Program-made: the position numbers and the translations under genes
Shown: one piece after another, positions 1 through 9,813 of the stretch
Layout of the letters: the number at the start of each line of letters is the position of its first letter
Numbering within the stretch: position 1 is the stretch's first letter
Notes under the pieces: generated by a model
What the model saw: the letters and a program-made list of their open reading frames with translations, nothing else
Database searches by the model: none
Told to the model about the DNA's origin: nothing
Source of the DNA: a virus
Taxonomy: Duplodnaviria; Caudoviricetes
Length of the DNA stretch: 59,474 bases
Direction: 5' to 3' (one strand)
Virus record (IMG/VR): IMGVR_UViG_3300044940_000380
Coordinates: 1-59,474 of that record

Positions 1-295
1 TATAAACGAAATTTTTGTAATAAATTTAAAAAAATAAAAATAATTAAGTGAAAATACTTAAAATATTGATTTTAGAAATATTAAATCTTTAATAAGACTT
101 TTTGAATCTAAAATAGATTTAAACAAAATATATGAATGTGTTATATTTGAAATTTAAAAGTTTTCATTCTTATTTTTGAATTTTATTTATGAAGTTGTTA
201 ATTGCAAAAATATTATGATCAAAACTTCATTTATTTAAATAATTTTATTTTAATAAACAAATTTAATAAATAATTTTATTTTAAGGTACATTCAA

Positions 296-850
296 ATGAA
301 AATTTGGTTTGAAGGAAAAACAGTTGCTTTAATCGGAAACGCGATGTCGCTTTTTGATAAAAGTTATGGTACTGAAATAGATGAACATGATGTAGTTGTA
401 CGCCTAAATAAAGCAGCAATGTTATATACAAGATTTGATTGTGAATTAAGTCATGGAAAAAGAACAGATGTTTGGATGTTCTGGAATGCTGCAGAATACA
501 GAAACTTTTTTAATAAAACCACCGCAAAAAAGATGCATATGGGGCATCAACAAAGAGATTCTAATAATCTTTCAGATGTAGATTTTGTGTATCCATATGA
601 ATATTATTTAGAACTAAAACCAAAAGTTGGAAATCATCAAAATCCAACTACCGGTATTATGGCATTAGATTATATTAGTCGTTGTAATCCTTTGAAAATA
701 TCAGTCTATGGATTTGATTGGAAAGAAACACCTACTTTTACAGATCCATTGCGAAGAAGAGATAGAGGTTGTCCACACGATCATGCTGCAGAAAAAGAAT
801 ATTGTAAAAATGTGTTCTTTACTCAACCTCATATTATTCTTAAAAAATAA
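296..850 (+). CDS. Glycosyltransferase family 29 (sialyltransferase-like)
   Basis: Sialyl-motif-L-like VALIGNA..GTEIDEHDVVVRLN, motif-S-like PTTGIMAL..VYGFD, C-terminal HxxxxE (HDHAAE). Confidence 0.75.
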   Translation: MKIWFEGKTVALIGNAMSLFDKSYGTEIDEHDVVVRLNKAAMLYTRFDCELSHGKRTDVWMFWNAAEYRNFFNKTTAKKMHMGHQQRDSNNLSDVDFVYPYEYYLELKPKVGNHQNPTTGIMALDYISRCNPLKISVYGFDWKETPTFTDPLRRRDRGCPHDHAAEKEYCKNVFFTQPHIILKK

Positions 851-867
851 ATTTTGATATCGTTTTT

Positions 868-875
868 TATAAATA
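868..875 (+). promoter_or_regulatory. T4-type late promoter TATAAATA
   Basis: Exact TATAAATA about 30 nt upstream of the 906 ORF. Confidence 0.6.
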
Positions 876-905
876 TTAAAGAGATTTTATTTAAAGAGAT
901 TTAAA

Positions 906-2681
906 ATGGATGATTACATACAAAAAGATAAAAAGAAGAATAAACGTAAATTTAAACCTCTTTTTGATCCTAAGAAATATATAAATGTTAAACCTGTCAT
1001 GAATGAATCCAATAAAAAAGCAATAGTATTCAGTTTTGGAAGATTAAATCCTATTACTATAGGACACGAAAAATTAGTAAACAAAATCATATATGAAGCT
1101 GCAAAAAGAAAAGCTGATGCTGCTTTATATCTCTCTCATTTACATGATAAAAATAAAAATCCTCTTTCGTATGATCAGAAAATTTACTATGCTTCAAAAG
1201 CTTTTGGTAAAATAGTAAAAAAGTCACCTGCTCGTACAATTATAGAAGTTGCTAAAGAACTTAATAAAAAATACAATGAAATAATTCTTGTTGTCGGTTC
1301 TGATCGCGCAAAAGAGTTCGAACTTTTACTCAATAAGTATAATGGAAAAGAATATAATTTTGATAATATTGAAATCATTTCTATTGAAGAGAGAAATTCT
1401 AATAATGGTGACAGTGTTTCAAATATGTCAGCTTCAAAACTAAGAAACCTTGCAGCTCAAGGAAATTTAGAAGAATTTAAAAAAGGATTACCAAAAAAAC
1501 TTCAAAGTCTTGCAAAAGAAATATATGATGACATAAGAAAAGGTATGGGAATAACTGAGGATTTTATGACAGAAGAAGATCTTGCTGAAAAAGCTCCACT
1601 TACAATTGCTCAAAGAAGAAAACGTGCTCTTCTAATGAAACGTATAAAAACAAAACTTAAAATTGCAAGAGAAAAAGCAAAAAAACGTATGGCTTCAAAA
1701 GATAAACTAGAATTAAGATCAAGAAGAAAAGCACTACAAATTATAAGAAATAGACTTTCAAAAAAACCATATAATGAATTATCACCATCAGAAAAAATAG
1801 AACTTGATAAAAGATTATTACGAATTCCACAATCTGTAATTGATCGGATTGCAAAAAAACAACTACCAATTGTAAGAAAGGCAGAAATGGAAAGATTGCA
1901 AAGAATTTTGAATCCTAATGATATGAAAAATGAAGCTTTTGAAAATTTTTATGAAAATTATTCTCAATTAAAAAATAAACTAAATTACTTCATAAAAAGA
2001 TACCATCATGGACTAACAAAAGATGGAAAGATAAATTTTGATAAGCGTTTTAAAATATTCCGTAAAAATGCTTATGATTCATTTTTACAAAAAAATGATA
2101 AAAATTTAAACTTATTAGAAGAAATATTAGATTTAAAAAAATCTGTATCAGAATACTTAAATGAAGTTCTTAAAAAAGAAAAAGACGATCCTTGTTGGGA
2201 TGGATATGTAAAATTAGGTATGAAGAAGAAAGGAAATAAAAAAGTTCCAAATTGTGTACCTATCAAAAATGAAAGCTTTGATACATCACAAGAAAATGAT
2301 AATCGTAAATCGATATATAAACGATTGATAAATTCAATAAAAACAAAAAACATTTCAAGAAAAAAAGAAATAGATAAAAGTGATCCTTCTAATCGAGAAG
2401 AGGGAACTGATTCTTTAGTTAAAATATTGAAAAAAGATACTCCTGGTCAAAACTTAAAAGAATATACTTTAAATCCTCACATTTCTATAGGTGATCGTGT
2501 AAGTTTTAAATATAATACAATTACTGGAGTTTCAAAGATTATTCGAGGAACAGTTGTTGGAACACAAACATATGCTCATTATGATGAAAGCGATCCCATG
2601 ATTAAAAGATCACTAAGAATAAGAGATGATTCTGGAAAACTATATTTTGTTAATCCTAAAGATGTTGATGTCATTGAATAA
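906..2681 (+). CDS. T4-like phage cytidylyltransferase-family (HIGH nucleotidyltransferase) protein with long C-terminal extension
   Basis: FSFGRLNPITIGHEKL, VVGSDR and MSASKLR motifs. Confidence 0.8.
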   Translation: MDDYIQKDKKKNKRKFKPLFDPKKYINVKPVMNESNKKAIVFSFGRLNPITIGHEKLVNKIIYEAAKRKADAALYLSHLHDKNKNPLSYDQKIYYASKAFGKIVKKSPARTIIEVAKELNKKYNEIILVVGSDRAKEFELLLNKYNGKEYNFDNIEIISIEERNSNNGDSVSNMSASKLRNLAAQGNLEEFKKGLPKKLQSLAKEIYDDIRKGMGITEDFMTEEDLAEKAPLTIAQRRKRALLMKRIKTKLKIAREKAKKRMASKDKLELRSRRKALQIIRNRLSKKPYNELSPSEKIELDKRLLRIPQSVIDRIAKKQLPIVRKAEMERLQRILNPNDMKNEAFENFYENYSQLKNKLNYFIKRYHHGLTKDGKINFDKRFKIFRKNAYDSFLQKNDKNLNLLEEILDLKKSVSEYLNEVLKKEKDDPCWDGYVKLGMKKKGNKKVPNCVPIKNESFDTSQENDNRKSIYKRLINSIKTKNISRKKEIDKSDPSNREEGTDSLVKILKKDTPGQNLKEYTLNPHISIGDRVSFKYNTITGVSKIIRGTVVGTQTYAHYDESDPMIKRSLRIRDDSGKLYFVNPKDVDVIE

Positions 2682-2762
2682 AAATACCCCAATATCATGT
2701 GAAATTTGTAATTAAATAAAATATTTGTAAAATAAAAAATTGGTATCTTATTAAGAATATAT

Positions 2763-2798
2763 AAAAAATCTCAGATCATTAAGATCTGAGATTTTTTT
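2763..2798. terminator. Bidirectional intrinsic terminator
   Basis: AAAAAATCTCAGATC-attaa-GATCTGAGATTTTTT between convergent genes. Confidence 0.8.
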
Positions 2799-2816
2799 AT
2801 AATAGAGATGGAAAAA

Positions 2817-3053
2817 TTATTCTGAAAAAGAAGCAATTTTTTGAATTTCAAAGGCAGTTTCCATACCTTCGATAAAGGCAATTGCTTCTTCAGCAGTTTG
2901 TTTTTCCCATTTGATTTTTTCAACTAGACCATATTTGTCAATCACACTTTTTGGAGGAAAGATAAAAACACCTTTATGTGAAGAATGAGAAAACTTCCAT
3001 CCTGCTTGTTCTTTCATTGAAAGTTTTTGGTGAATGAGCAGATCTCTGTTCAT
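2817..3053 (-). CDS. Hypothetical protein, paralog of 3166..3402
   Basis: 78 aa, AGGAGA RBS, TTGACA at 3105-3110 on minus strand; 49/78 identical to neighbour. Confidence 0.8.
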   Translation of the reverse strand: MNRDLLIHQKLSMKEQAGWKFSHSSHKGVFIFPPKSVIDKYGLVEKIKWEKQTAEEAIAFIEGMETAFEIQKIASFSE

Positions 3054-3165
3054 GATGTTTTCTCCTGATTTATTTAATGTTTTTTATAATCTATTTAAAT
3101 TTAATGTCAATTTTACGAATATATCTAACGAGTATAATATTACTTGAGATTTCATCGATACACAA

Positions 3166-3402
3166 TTATTTATGAAAAGAAGCAATTTCATGAATATTAA
3201 AAGCAGTTTCCATACCGTCAATAAACGCAATTGCTTCTTCGACTGATTGTTTTTCCCATTTGGTTTTTTCGTTCAGACCAAATTTATCGATCATTTTTTG
3301 AGGTGGATAAATTTTTATATGTCCATTAGACGCCTGTGAAAAGCTCCATCCAGATTCTTCTTTCATTGAAAGTTGTTGATGAATGAAAAGATTAAAATTC
3401 AT
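3166..3402 (-). CDS. Hypothetical protein, paralog of 2817..3053
   Basis: 78 aa, AGGAGA RBS, TTGACA at 3457-3462 on minus strand. Confidence 0.8.
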   Translation of the reverse strand: MNFNLFIHQQLSMKEESGWSFSQASNGHIKIYPPQKMIDKFGLNEKTKWEKQSVEEAIAFIDGMETAFNIHEIASFHK

Positions 3403-3761
3403 GACATTTTCTCCTTTAGTATTTAATGATTCTCATGTAATTTAATTTACTTCAAATGTCAACACCGATCTTGATATAGAATACTGATAATAAGAAGAAC
3501 TGATTATAATTTTTGAATTAGATAAATTATGTAACATTTGTAAATAAATATTAATCTATTTTATGTGTTAAGATTTTTACAAAATATAAATAACAATAGT
3601 AGCATATGAATAATATAAATTATTTGAAACTTAAAATTATGATAAATAAGAAAAGTAATATTATGTAATAATTAAAATTAATTTTAATGATGCTAGAAGG
3701 TAGTTTACAGTGATATCAAAAATGTTTATATTGATTTTACTAGTAAAGTGAAGGAAGAATC

Positions 3762-3977
3762 ATGATGAACGACATTATTCAAATCGGCCAGAAAATGATG
3801 AATCTTGCTCCATATGAAAAAAACGACATTATTTCAAACGCATATTCAAAACTTGGTGATGCTCTTGTTCGTATTGGCACTGTATTTTCTGCAAAAAATA
3901 TGGATGAACTTGAAAGAAAAACTGGTTTGAAAAAAGAAATCATCATTGCTCTTATTGATCGAGTGAAAAAACAATAA
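3762..3977 (+). CDS. Hypothetical protein
   Basis: AAGGAAG RBS, co-oriented with operon. Confidence 0.65.
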   Translation: MMNDIIQIGQKMMNLAPYEKNDIISNAYSKLGDALVRIGTVFSAKNMDELERKTGLKKEIIIALIDRVKKQ

Positions 3978-3995
3978 CAAAAAAAGGAGATAAAA

Positions 3996-4274
3996 ATGCC
4001 CTTGTGGGGAAAAATCGATAACGCAAATAACGCGCCAAAATTTCTTTTAAATAACTCAAATGCAAAACCACAAACTGATATTAATAATGCATATTTTGTT
4101 GATTTAACAGAAGCTTCATCTACAACAAACCGCAACAAAGGAATTAAGACACCAGGTTGGAATTTAATTCAAGATATTGGTAATGGTCGGCTTCGTGTCG
4201 AACCACTTGTTGCTATGAAAGTGCCAAGAACAATTTCTGGTGATTCTGACGGCGGTGTCATAGCAGATAGTTAA
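3996..4274 (+). CDS. Conserved T4-like protein (MPLWG N-terminus), likely virion-associated
   Basis: MPLWGK..PK start and TPGW motif recurrent in T4-like phages; AGGAGA RBS. Confidence 0.6.
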   Translation: MPLWGKIDNANNAPKFLLNNSNAKPQTDINNAYFVDLTEASSTTNRNKGIKTPGWNLIQDIGNGRLRVEPLVAMKVPRTISGDSDGGVIADS

Positions 4275-4651
4275 TGCTTAAATTAGAAGAATCAACCTTT
4301 CGTTTTTATGCTGCAAAACATTATGACAATCCTCAGTGTAGTTCAATTGAAGAATTTGAAGAAGATTTAAAAAGATTTCAATATTTACGAAAACTTTTTA
4401 ATAAGTATAGACAATTAGGAGAATTAAAAGAAAGGTTGATTCTTAACCATTTGATTATTTTATACAATTGTTTTGGTCCTGAAGCTACAAATATGCTTTT
4501 TATGAAATTAGAAGAATATCATGATTTACTTAAACCATTTGTTGAATATTTAAATTATATGCCCAAATATATAGAATACAATGGTAAAGTAATTTCATCA
4601 CATAATATAAAATCTGATGAAAATATAAGAGAAATATTAAGGAGAATTTAA
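4274..4651 (+). CDS. Conserved T4-like hypothetical protein
   Basis: YAAKHYDNP..EFEEDLKRFQYLRKL..LILNHLIILYN family pattern. Confidence 0.75.
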   Translation: MLKLEESTFRFYAAKHYDNPQCSSIEEFEEDLKRFQYLRKLFNKYRQLGELKERLILNHLIILYNCFGPEATNMLFMKLEEYHDLLKPFVEYLNYMPKYIEYNGKVISSHNIKSDENIREILRRI

Positions 4652-5209
4652 TTGATAGTTGATTTATGGTTAGTATATCAATTCATAAAAAGATTAACTA
4701 CTCCATTTAAAAAATGGGAAGCTTTTAAATTGGGCATAATTGATGAAAATGGTAATATTTTAAAGAAAAGAAAAGATTTTACAACAGCATCAGAAAGAAA
4801 AGCTTTTGGAATATTTGATTTGATGATTCTTAAAATTAAAAAACTATTAGCAAAAATACCAGGTGGATCTTCAACTATAGCTTCTTATGCTGCAGCATTG
4901 TATTTGATTCGCGAATGGAAACATTTTTCTGATTCTTCATTACTTACTGAAGATATACCAGATGAAACAATTGAAGAATCAATTAAATTATTTCATGACA
5001 AATATGTCAATTATATCATCCTTCAAGAAGTTGTCAACAAAAAAATATATGAAGATGCGCCGACTGTAAATGTTGGTTCAGGTGAAATTGCTGGACTTGG
5101 TTTTGGGCCGCAAGGAGAACCGGGTTTTACTGCATCACAAATGAAAAAATATAAAAAGAAAGCAAAAACAATAAAAAGACTTAGAGACATTATAGGGAAT
5201 AATTCATGA
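4652..5209 (+). CDS. T4 gp61.1-like conserved protein
   Basis: YQFIKRLTTPFKKWEAFKLGIIDENG..KRK pattern; lies upstream of primase. Confidence 0.6.
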   Translation: MIVDLWLVYQFIKRLTTPFKKWEAFKLGIIDENGNILKKRKDFTTASERKAFGIFDLMILKIKKLLAKIPGGSSTIASYAAALYLIREWKHFSDSSLLTEDIPDETIEESIKLFHDKYVNYIILQEVVNKKIYEDAPTVNVGSGEIAGLGFGPQGEPGFTASQMKKYKKKAKTIKRLRDIIGNNS

Positions 5210-6063
5210 TTACATTCTCACAATTTCAACAAATGATACCATCAAATCGTGAAGCTAATGTTTGGTATAATATAGCAAAGGATTTTTTTGAGAAATATGA
5301 AATTAATACTGTAAATAGAATTGCTGGATTTATGGCGCAGACTGCACATGAATCTAACGATTTTCGTGTTCTTGAAGAGAATTTGAATTATAGTGTAGAA
5401 GGTTTGTTGAAAACATTTGGTAAATATTTTATTAGAGGAAAAGCTAATCCAGAAGATTATGCAAGAAATCCAGAAAAATTAGCAAATTATGTTTACATGG
5501 ACTCTAACAGATCAAAATCTGCTGCACTTGGAAATACACAACCAGGTGATGGATGGAAATTCCGTGGCGGTGGTCTTATACAACTAACGGGCAGAAATAA
5601 CTATACAGCATTTGGTAGAGATATTGGCATGACAGCTGAGCAAGCTGCTGAATATGTTCGTACTAAAAGAGGAGCTTTTGAATCTGCATGTTGGTTTTGG
5701 AAAAAGAATAATCTTGCTCGGTTTGCAGATGCTGACGATATTGATGGTATGAGTCGTAAAGTAAATGGTGGAACTATAGGTCTTGAAGATAGAAGATCTA
5801 AATATGAACGTTTCAAAAGTATATTGAATGCTACAACGATTAATAATAATAGTACAACATCTGTTTCAAATATCTATCCAAATCTTAGCAGAAATTCAAC
5901 AGGTGATTTGGTGAAAAAAGTTCAAACAGCACTTCAAATTACACCGAATGGTGTTTTTGATCTTCAAACTGAGATTGCTGTAAGATCTTGGCAAAGAATA
6001 AATAGATTTACGCCAAATGGAATTTTAAATAACATCCAAATTAAAAAATTATTAGGAGAATAA
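5206..6063 (+). CDS. Endolysin: glycoside hydrolase family 19 plus C-terminal peptidoglycan-binding domain
   Basis: FMAQTAHES..ENLNYS, GDGWKFRGGGLIQLTGRNNY, SACWFW, VNGG..GLEDR; PG_binding-like tail. Confidence 0.9.
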   Translation: MITFSQFQQMIPSNREANVWYNIAKDFFEKYEINTVNRIAGFMAQTAHESNDFRVLEENLNYSVEGLLKTFGKYFIRGKANPEDYARNPEKLANYVYMDSNRSKSAALGNTQPGDGWKFRGGGLIQLTGRNNYTAFGRDIGMTAEQAAEYVRTKRGAFESACWFWKKNNLARFADADDIDGMSRKVNGGTIGLEDRRSKYERFKSILNATTINNNSTTSVSNIYPNLSRNSTGDLVKKVQTALQITPNGVFDLQTEIAVRSWQRINRFTPNGILNNIQIKKLLGE

Positions 6064-6064
6064 A

Positions 6065-6340
6065 GTGTCATTAAAAAAAATAATTAAAGAATCGATTGAT
6101 AAAAATCCTCTTGCAATTAAAGAGGCTATTGATGAAGAACTTTTGTCACGTGCTCTTTTGGCTATAAAAGAAAAAATGGAAGTAAATCTTCAAGAAATTA
6201 CAAGAACTGCAATAAAGAAAGCTATTACTTATATTGGTAAAGATGGTCACGAACACATTAGAATAGTACCGATAAAAAGAGTTCCAAAAGAAAAAAATAC
6301 TAATTTAGATAAAATAAGGAGTGATGAAGATGATAATTAA
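6065..6340 (+). CDS. Prohead core gp67-like protein, paralog of 6321..6632
   Basis: N-terminal helix KKIIKESIDKNPL..EEL.SRA shared with next gene. Confidence 0.45.
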   Translation: MSLKKIIKESIDKNPLAIKEAIDEELLSRALLAIKEKMEVNLQEITRTAIKKAITYIGKDGHEHIRIVPIKRVPKEKNTNLDKIRSDEDDN

Positions 6341-6632
6341 AAAAATAATTCAGGAATCAATTAATAAAAATCCTCTTGAACTTAAAGAGATACTTGAACA
6401 AGAACTTGGTTCTCGTGCAGCTCGTGTTATAATTGAAAAAATTACAAAATTAAAAGATGACGATGATGACGACGATCATAATCACGATGACGATTATGAT
6501 GACGAAGATCATGATTATGATGATGATGACTATGATTATGACGACCATGATCATGATGATGACGACGATTATGATCATGATGATGATCATGATGAACACG
6601 ATAAACATCACTATCATAAAAGAAAATATTAA
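6321..6632 (+). CDS. Prohead core gp67-like protein with Asp/His/Tyr-rich tail
   Basis: Short helical N-terminus plus long acidic tail, the architecture of T4 gp67. Confidence 0.5.
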   Translation: MMKMIIKKIIQESINKNPLELKEILEQELGSRAARVIIEKITKLKDDDDDDDHNHDDDYDDEDHDYDDDDYDYDDHDHDDDDDYDHDDDHDEHDKHHYHKRKY

Positions 6633-6644
6633 GATTAAATATAA

Positions 6645-7118
6645 ATGAAATCTTGGATTATTATAGGTGTTTTGACTTCAATTTTGCTCGGTGGGTGGTA
6701 TTACTATTATACCACCTCACAAAAACGTATTGCTTCTTTGATTGAAAATAATGCAAGATTAGAAGCTAATATTCAAATTGCAAATGCCGCAAATGAGCAA
6801 AATATTCAAACAATAAATAATCTTCTTTCGGAATATGATAGAATTCAAGAAAATTTTAATAGATTACAATCTGAATTTCAAATAATAAGATCTCAAAATG
6901 CTGAATTAAGAGAAAGATTGTCAAGACATGAATTAGATGTTCTTGCTGCTGCAAGACCTGCATTAATTGAACGTCGCATTAATAATGCTTCAGCTAACGT
7001 TTTAAGATGTTTTGAATTGATGTCAGGTGCACCACTTAATGAAAGAGAAAGAGCTGCAACTACCGAAAGAGAATTTAATTCTGAATGCCCATGGTTATTT
7101 CAGGAGTTAAAAAGATGA
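6645..7118 (+). CDS. Inner-membrane spanin (Rz-like)
   Basis: N-terminal TM helix, coiled coil, C-terminal Cys residues; overlaps lipoprotein gene. Confidence 0.75.
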   Translation: MKSWIIIGVLTSILLGGWYYYYTTSQKRIASLIENNARLEANIQIANAANEQNIQTINNLLSEYDRIQENFNRLQSEFQIIRSQNAELRERLSRHELDVLAAARPALIERRINNASANVLRCFELMSGAPLNERERAATTEREFNSECPWLFQELKR

Positions 7119-7453
7119 AATATATTTTTTTATGTTTAATGTTATTTTTGGCTGCATGTTCACAAACGCAGCCAATTGAACAGGTACCAATAATTGAAAC
7201 TAGAACAATTGAAGTTCGAAGACCAGCTCCAATAGTTCCTCCAGTTGATCAATTAAGATTAAGAACTGTAAGATGGTTTGTGATTACACCAGAAAATATT
7301 GAAGAAAAATTTGCTGAAATAACAAACGGTGAACGTGTCTTTTTTGCTCTTACAGCAGAAGGTTATGAAAATCTTGCTTTAAATTTATCTGATATAAGAG
7401 CATTGATTGCTCAACAACAAAGAATTATTGCTATTTACAAATCTCAATTTTAA
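7115..7453 (+). CDS. Outer-membrane spanin lipoprotein (Rz1-like)
   Basis: MKYIFLCLMLFLAAC lipobox, Pro-rich segment; ATGA overlap with i-spanin stop; AGGAG RBS. Confidence 0.75.
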   Translation: MKYIFLCLMLFLAACSQTQPIEQVPIIETRTIEVRRPAPIVPPVDQLRLRTVRWFVITPENIEEKFAEITNGERVFFALTAEGYENLALNLSDIRALIAQQQRIIAIYKSQF

Positions 7454-7468
7454 CGTATAAATATTCCC

Positions 7469-7771
7469 ATGAGTATTATTATTAATGATAATTGGATGCA
7501 AAAATATTGGAGGCCTTTAATGGCACTCACATATATGATAATTATCATTTTTGATTTCATATTTTTTCCAGTTTTTTGGAGTTTAATTCAAGTTTATGGT
7601 TCTGGTTCTGTTTCTGTACAATGGAGTCCTCTTACTTTATTATCTGGTGGCATTTTTCATGCCGCGCTTGGAGCTGTTTTAGGTATTGCTGCTTGGACTA
7701 GAGGTCAAGAAAAAGTGGAAAGACTTAGATCACAGCTAGAAGAAGGGAATGAAAATGTCACCCGCATCTAA
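7469..7771 (+). CDS. Holin
   Basis: WRP motif, hydrophobic helices, LG...TRGQEK end resembling GTA-type 3TM holins; in lysis cassette. Confidence 0.7.
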   Translation: MSIIINDNWMQKYWRPLMALTYMIIIIFDFIFFPVFWSLIQVYGSGSVSVQWSPLTLLSGGIFHAALGAVLGIAAWTRGQEKVERLRSQLEEGNENVTRI

Positions 7772-8228
7772 TAGCAGTACAAATTCAATCAAAACAGAAA
7801 TTGCTTTAATTAAACAAAATATCAAGCAAATAGAAGAAATATATAACAATTTACGTTCTACGGTAGATCAAATAACGGAAATCCGTAAATCATTTGCTGT
7901 TCAACAAAATATTTTAGATCATAAAGTACAAAAAATAGATAAAATAGAACAATCAATAGTTAAATATACAGAAAAACAACTAGAATATAATAAAGAATTA
8001 AGTGATAAATTAGAAAATATGAGAACTACAATTCAAGATGAAAAACAAAAACAATATAAAGATATCATGAATTCAATTGAAGCATTCAACAAAAATATTA
8101 ATGATAAAATTGAGGAACAAAATCGACGAATTACTTCTCTTGAAAATTGGAGATGGTATATCATTGGAGCAGCTGCAGTTATAGTTTTTATCCTCAATAA
8201 GATTCCTTTGATTGAACTATCATTTTGA
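7749..8228 (+). CDS. Coiled-coil protein with C-terminal TM helix
   Basis: Heptad pattern then LENWRWYIIGAAAVIVFIL. Confidence 0.65.
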   Translation: MKMSPASNSSTNSIKTEIALIKQNIKQIEEIYNNLRSTVDQITEIRKSFAVQQNILDHKVQKIDKIEQSIVKYTEKQLEYNKELSDKLENMRTTIQDEKQKQYKDIMNSIEAFNKNINDKIEEQNRRITSLENWRWYIIGAAAVIVFILNKIPLIELSF

Positions 8229-8290
8229 CATTTTTTAGTATTTTATATATTATATGTTTTATTACTTTCTCTGTATTTTAAGGTTTTGTA

Positions 8291-9304
8291 ATGGTGAATT
8301 ATATCGATCTTCATTATGCAAATTTGATATCCAGTAGAGTAGAACGATTTAAGATACGTTCAACAAATCCTTACAAAATAAATATGAGATGCCCAATATG
8401 CGGCGATTCTCAAAAATCAAAATCAAAAGCACGCGGATGGCTTCTTGAAAGAGAAGATAAAGATACTTTTCATTATTTTTGTCATAATTGTGGTGCAAGT
8501 CAGTCTTTTTCTTTATTTCTTAAAAATATAGATGGCTTGCTTTACAAAGATTATATAACTGAAAAATACATCAATAAAATCAAAGATGAAAAACTAACAA
8601 CAATAAAGAAAACAAGGTTTGAAACAACAAAAATCAAAGAGAATCCATTAAAAACTTTAAAGAAGATATCTCAATTAGATCCTTCACATCCGTTAAAAAA
8701 ATACATTGAAAAAAGAAAAATACCTTCAAATCAACATTATAGACTTTATTATGCTCCAAAATTTAAAACTTGGGTAAATAGTATTATTCCAAATAAGTTT
8801 CAAAATACTGAAAAAGATGAACCTAGGCTTGTAATTCCTTTTATTGATAAGGAAGGCGAAGTTTTTGGTGTTTCTGCTAGAGGATTTGATCCTAATGGTA
8901 TTAGGTATATTACAATTATGTTTGACGAAAGACCTAAAATTTTTGGATTGGATAAAGTTGATTTTACTAAAACCTATTTTGTAGTAGAAGGTGCTATAGA
9001 TTCAATGTTTCTTTCTAATGCTGTTGCTATGGCTGGAGCAGATGGAAATATGGATGGATTGGAAAATCTTGAAAATGCTATAGTCGTTTATGATAATGAA
9101 CCAAGAAACAAAGAAATTCATAAACGCATGGAAAAAATAATTAATCAAGGTTATTCTATTTGTATTTGGCCTCCAAATATAATTGGTAAAGACATCAATG
9201 AGATGATTTTGAATGGATTCAATAATATAGAAGATATAATACTTAAAAATACATATAAGGGCTTAGAAGCAAATCTTAAACTAATATCTTGGAAAAAAAC
9301 ATGA
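8291..9304 (+). CDS. gp61: DNA primase (T4 gp61)
   Basis: Zn finger RCPICGDS..CHNCG, EPRLVIP, Toprim VVEGAIDSMF, DNEPRN, KDINEM. Confidence 0.95.
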   Translation: MVNYIDLHYANLISSRVERFKIRSTNPYKINMRCPICGDSQKSKSKARGWLLEREDKDTFHYFCHNCGASQSFSLFLKNIDGLLYKDYITEKYINKIKDEKLTTIKKTRFETTKIKENPLKTLKKISQLDPSHPLKKYIEKRKIPSNQHYRLYYAPKFKTWVNSIIPNKFQNTEKDEPRLVIPFIDKEGEVFGVSARGFDPNGIRYITIMFDERPKIFGLDKVDFTKTYFVVEGAIDSMFLSNAVAMAGADGNMDGLENLENAIVVYDNEPRNKEIHKRMEKIINQGYSICIWPPNIIGKDINEMILNGFNNIEDIILKNTYKGLEANLKLISWKKT

Positions 9305-9813
9305 TTATAAACTCTATATTGGCTCATGATGATAACTATGGTATAGGTAAAAAAGGTCAACTTCCGTGGCCAAAAAATTCTACTGACATGAAATGGTTTC
9401 GTGATAATACAATTGGCCACGTAGTAGTAATGGGTAGAAAAACATGGGAATCAATTGGAAGTAAACCACTTAAAAATCGAATTAATATTGTAGTATCTAA
9501 TCAAAAATTTATAAATTCAAAAGAAGGCAAGCCCGATCATGTAATCAGTTTTGTTAACGGCAATTATATTAATACTATTTTATCAAATTTATATCCAGAT
9601 TCTAAAATTTGGATTATTGGAGGAGCAAACATTTATTCTCAAACTTTATTATATTGTGATAACATTTATGTCACAAAAATTCCTGGAAATTACGATTGTG
9701 ATACCTTCATTCATTTAAATAAGTATTTAATTAATTACACAGAAATTTTTAATAAAAACAAAGATGGATTGACTTTTAGTATATGGAGAAAAAATTGTGA
9801 AACAGTATCATGA
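9301..9813 (+). CDS. frd: Dihydrofolate reductase
   Basis: GIGKKGQLPW, DMKWF, VVMGRKTWESI, PLKNRINIV, IIGGA. Confidence 0.95.
   Translation: MIINSILAHDDNYGIGKKGQLPWPKNSTDMKWFRDNTIGHVVVMGRKTWESIGSKPLKNRINIVVSNQKFINSKEGKPDHVISFVNGNYINTILSNLYPDSKIWIIGGANIYSQTLLYCDNIYVTKIPGNYDCDTFIHLNKYLINYTEIFNKNKDGLTFSIWRKNCETVS

Noticed and set aside
296-2681. GT29 plus cytidylyltransferase as a CMP-sialic acid pathway
   Set aside because: The 906 protein is a HIGH-family enzyme widespread in T4-like phages, not the CMP-Neu5Ac synthetase fold; adjacency alone is insufficient
6457-6648. Met/Ile/Thr-rich 63-aa ORF
   Set aside because: Alternate-frame shadow of the GAT/CAT-rich tail of 6321..6632
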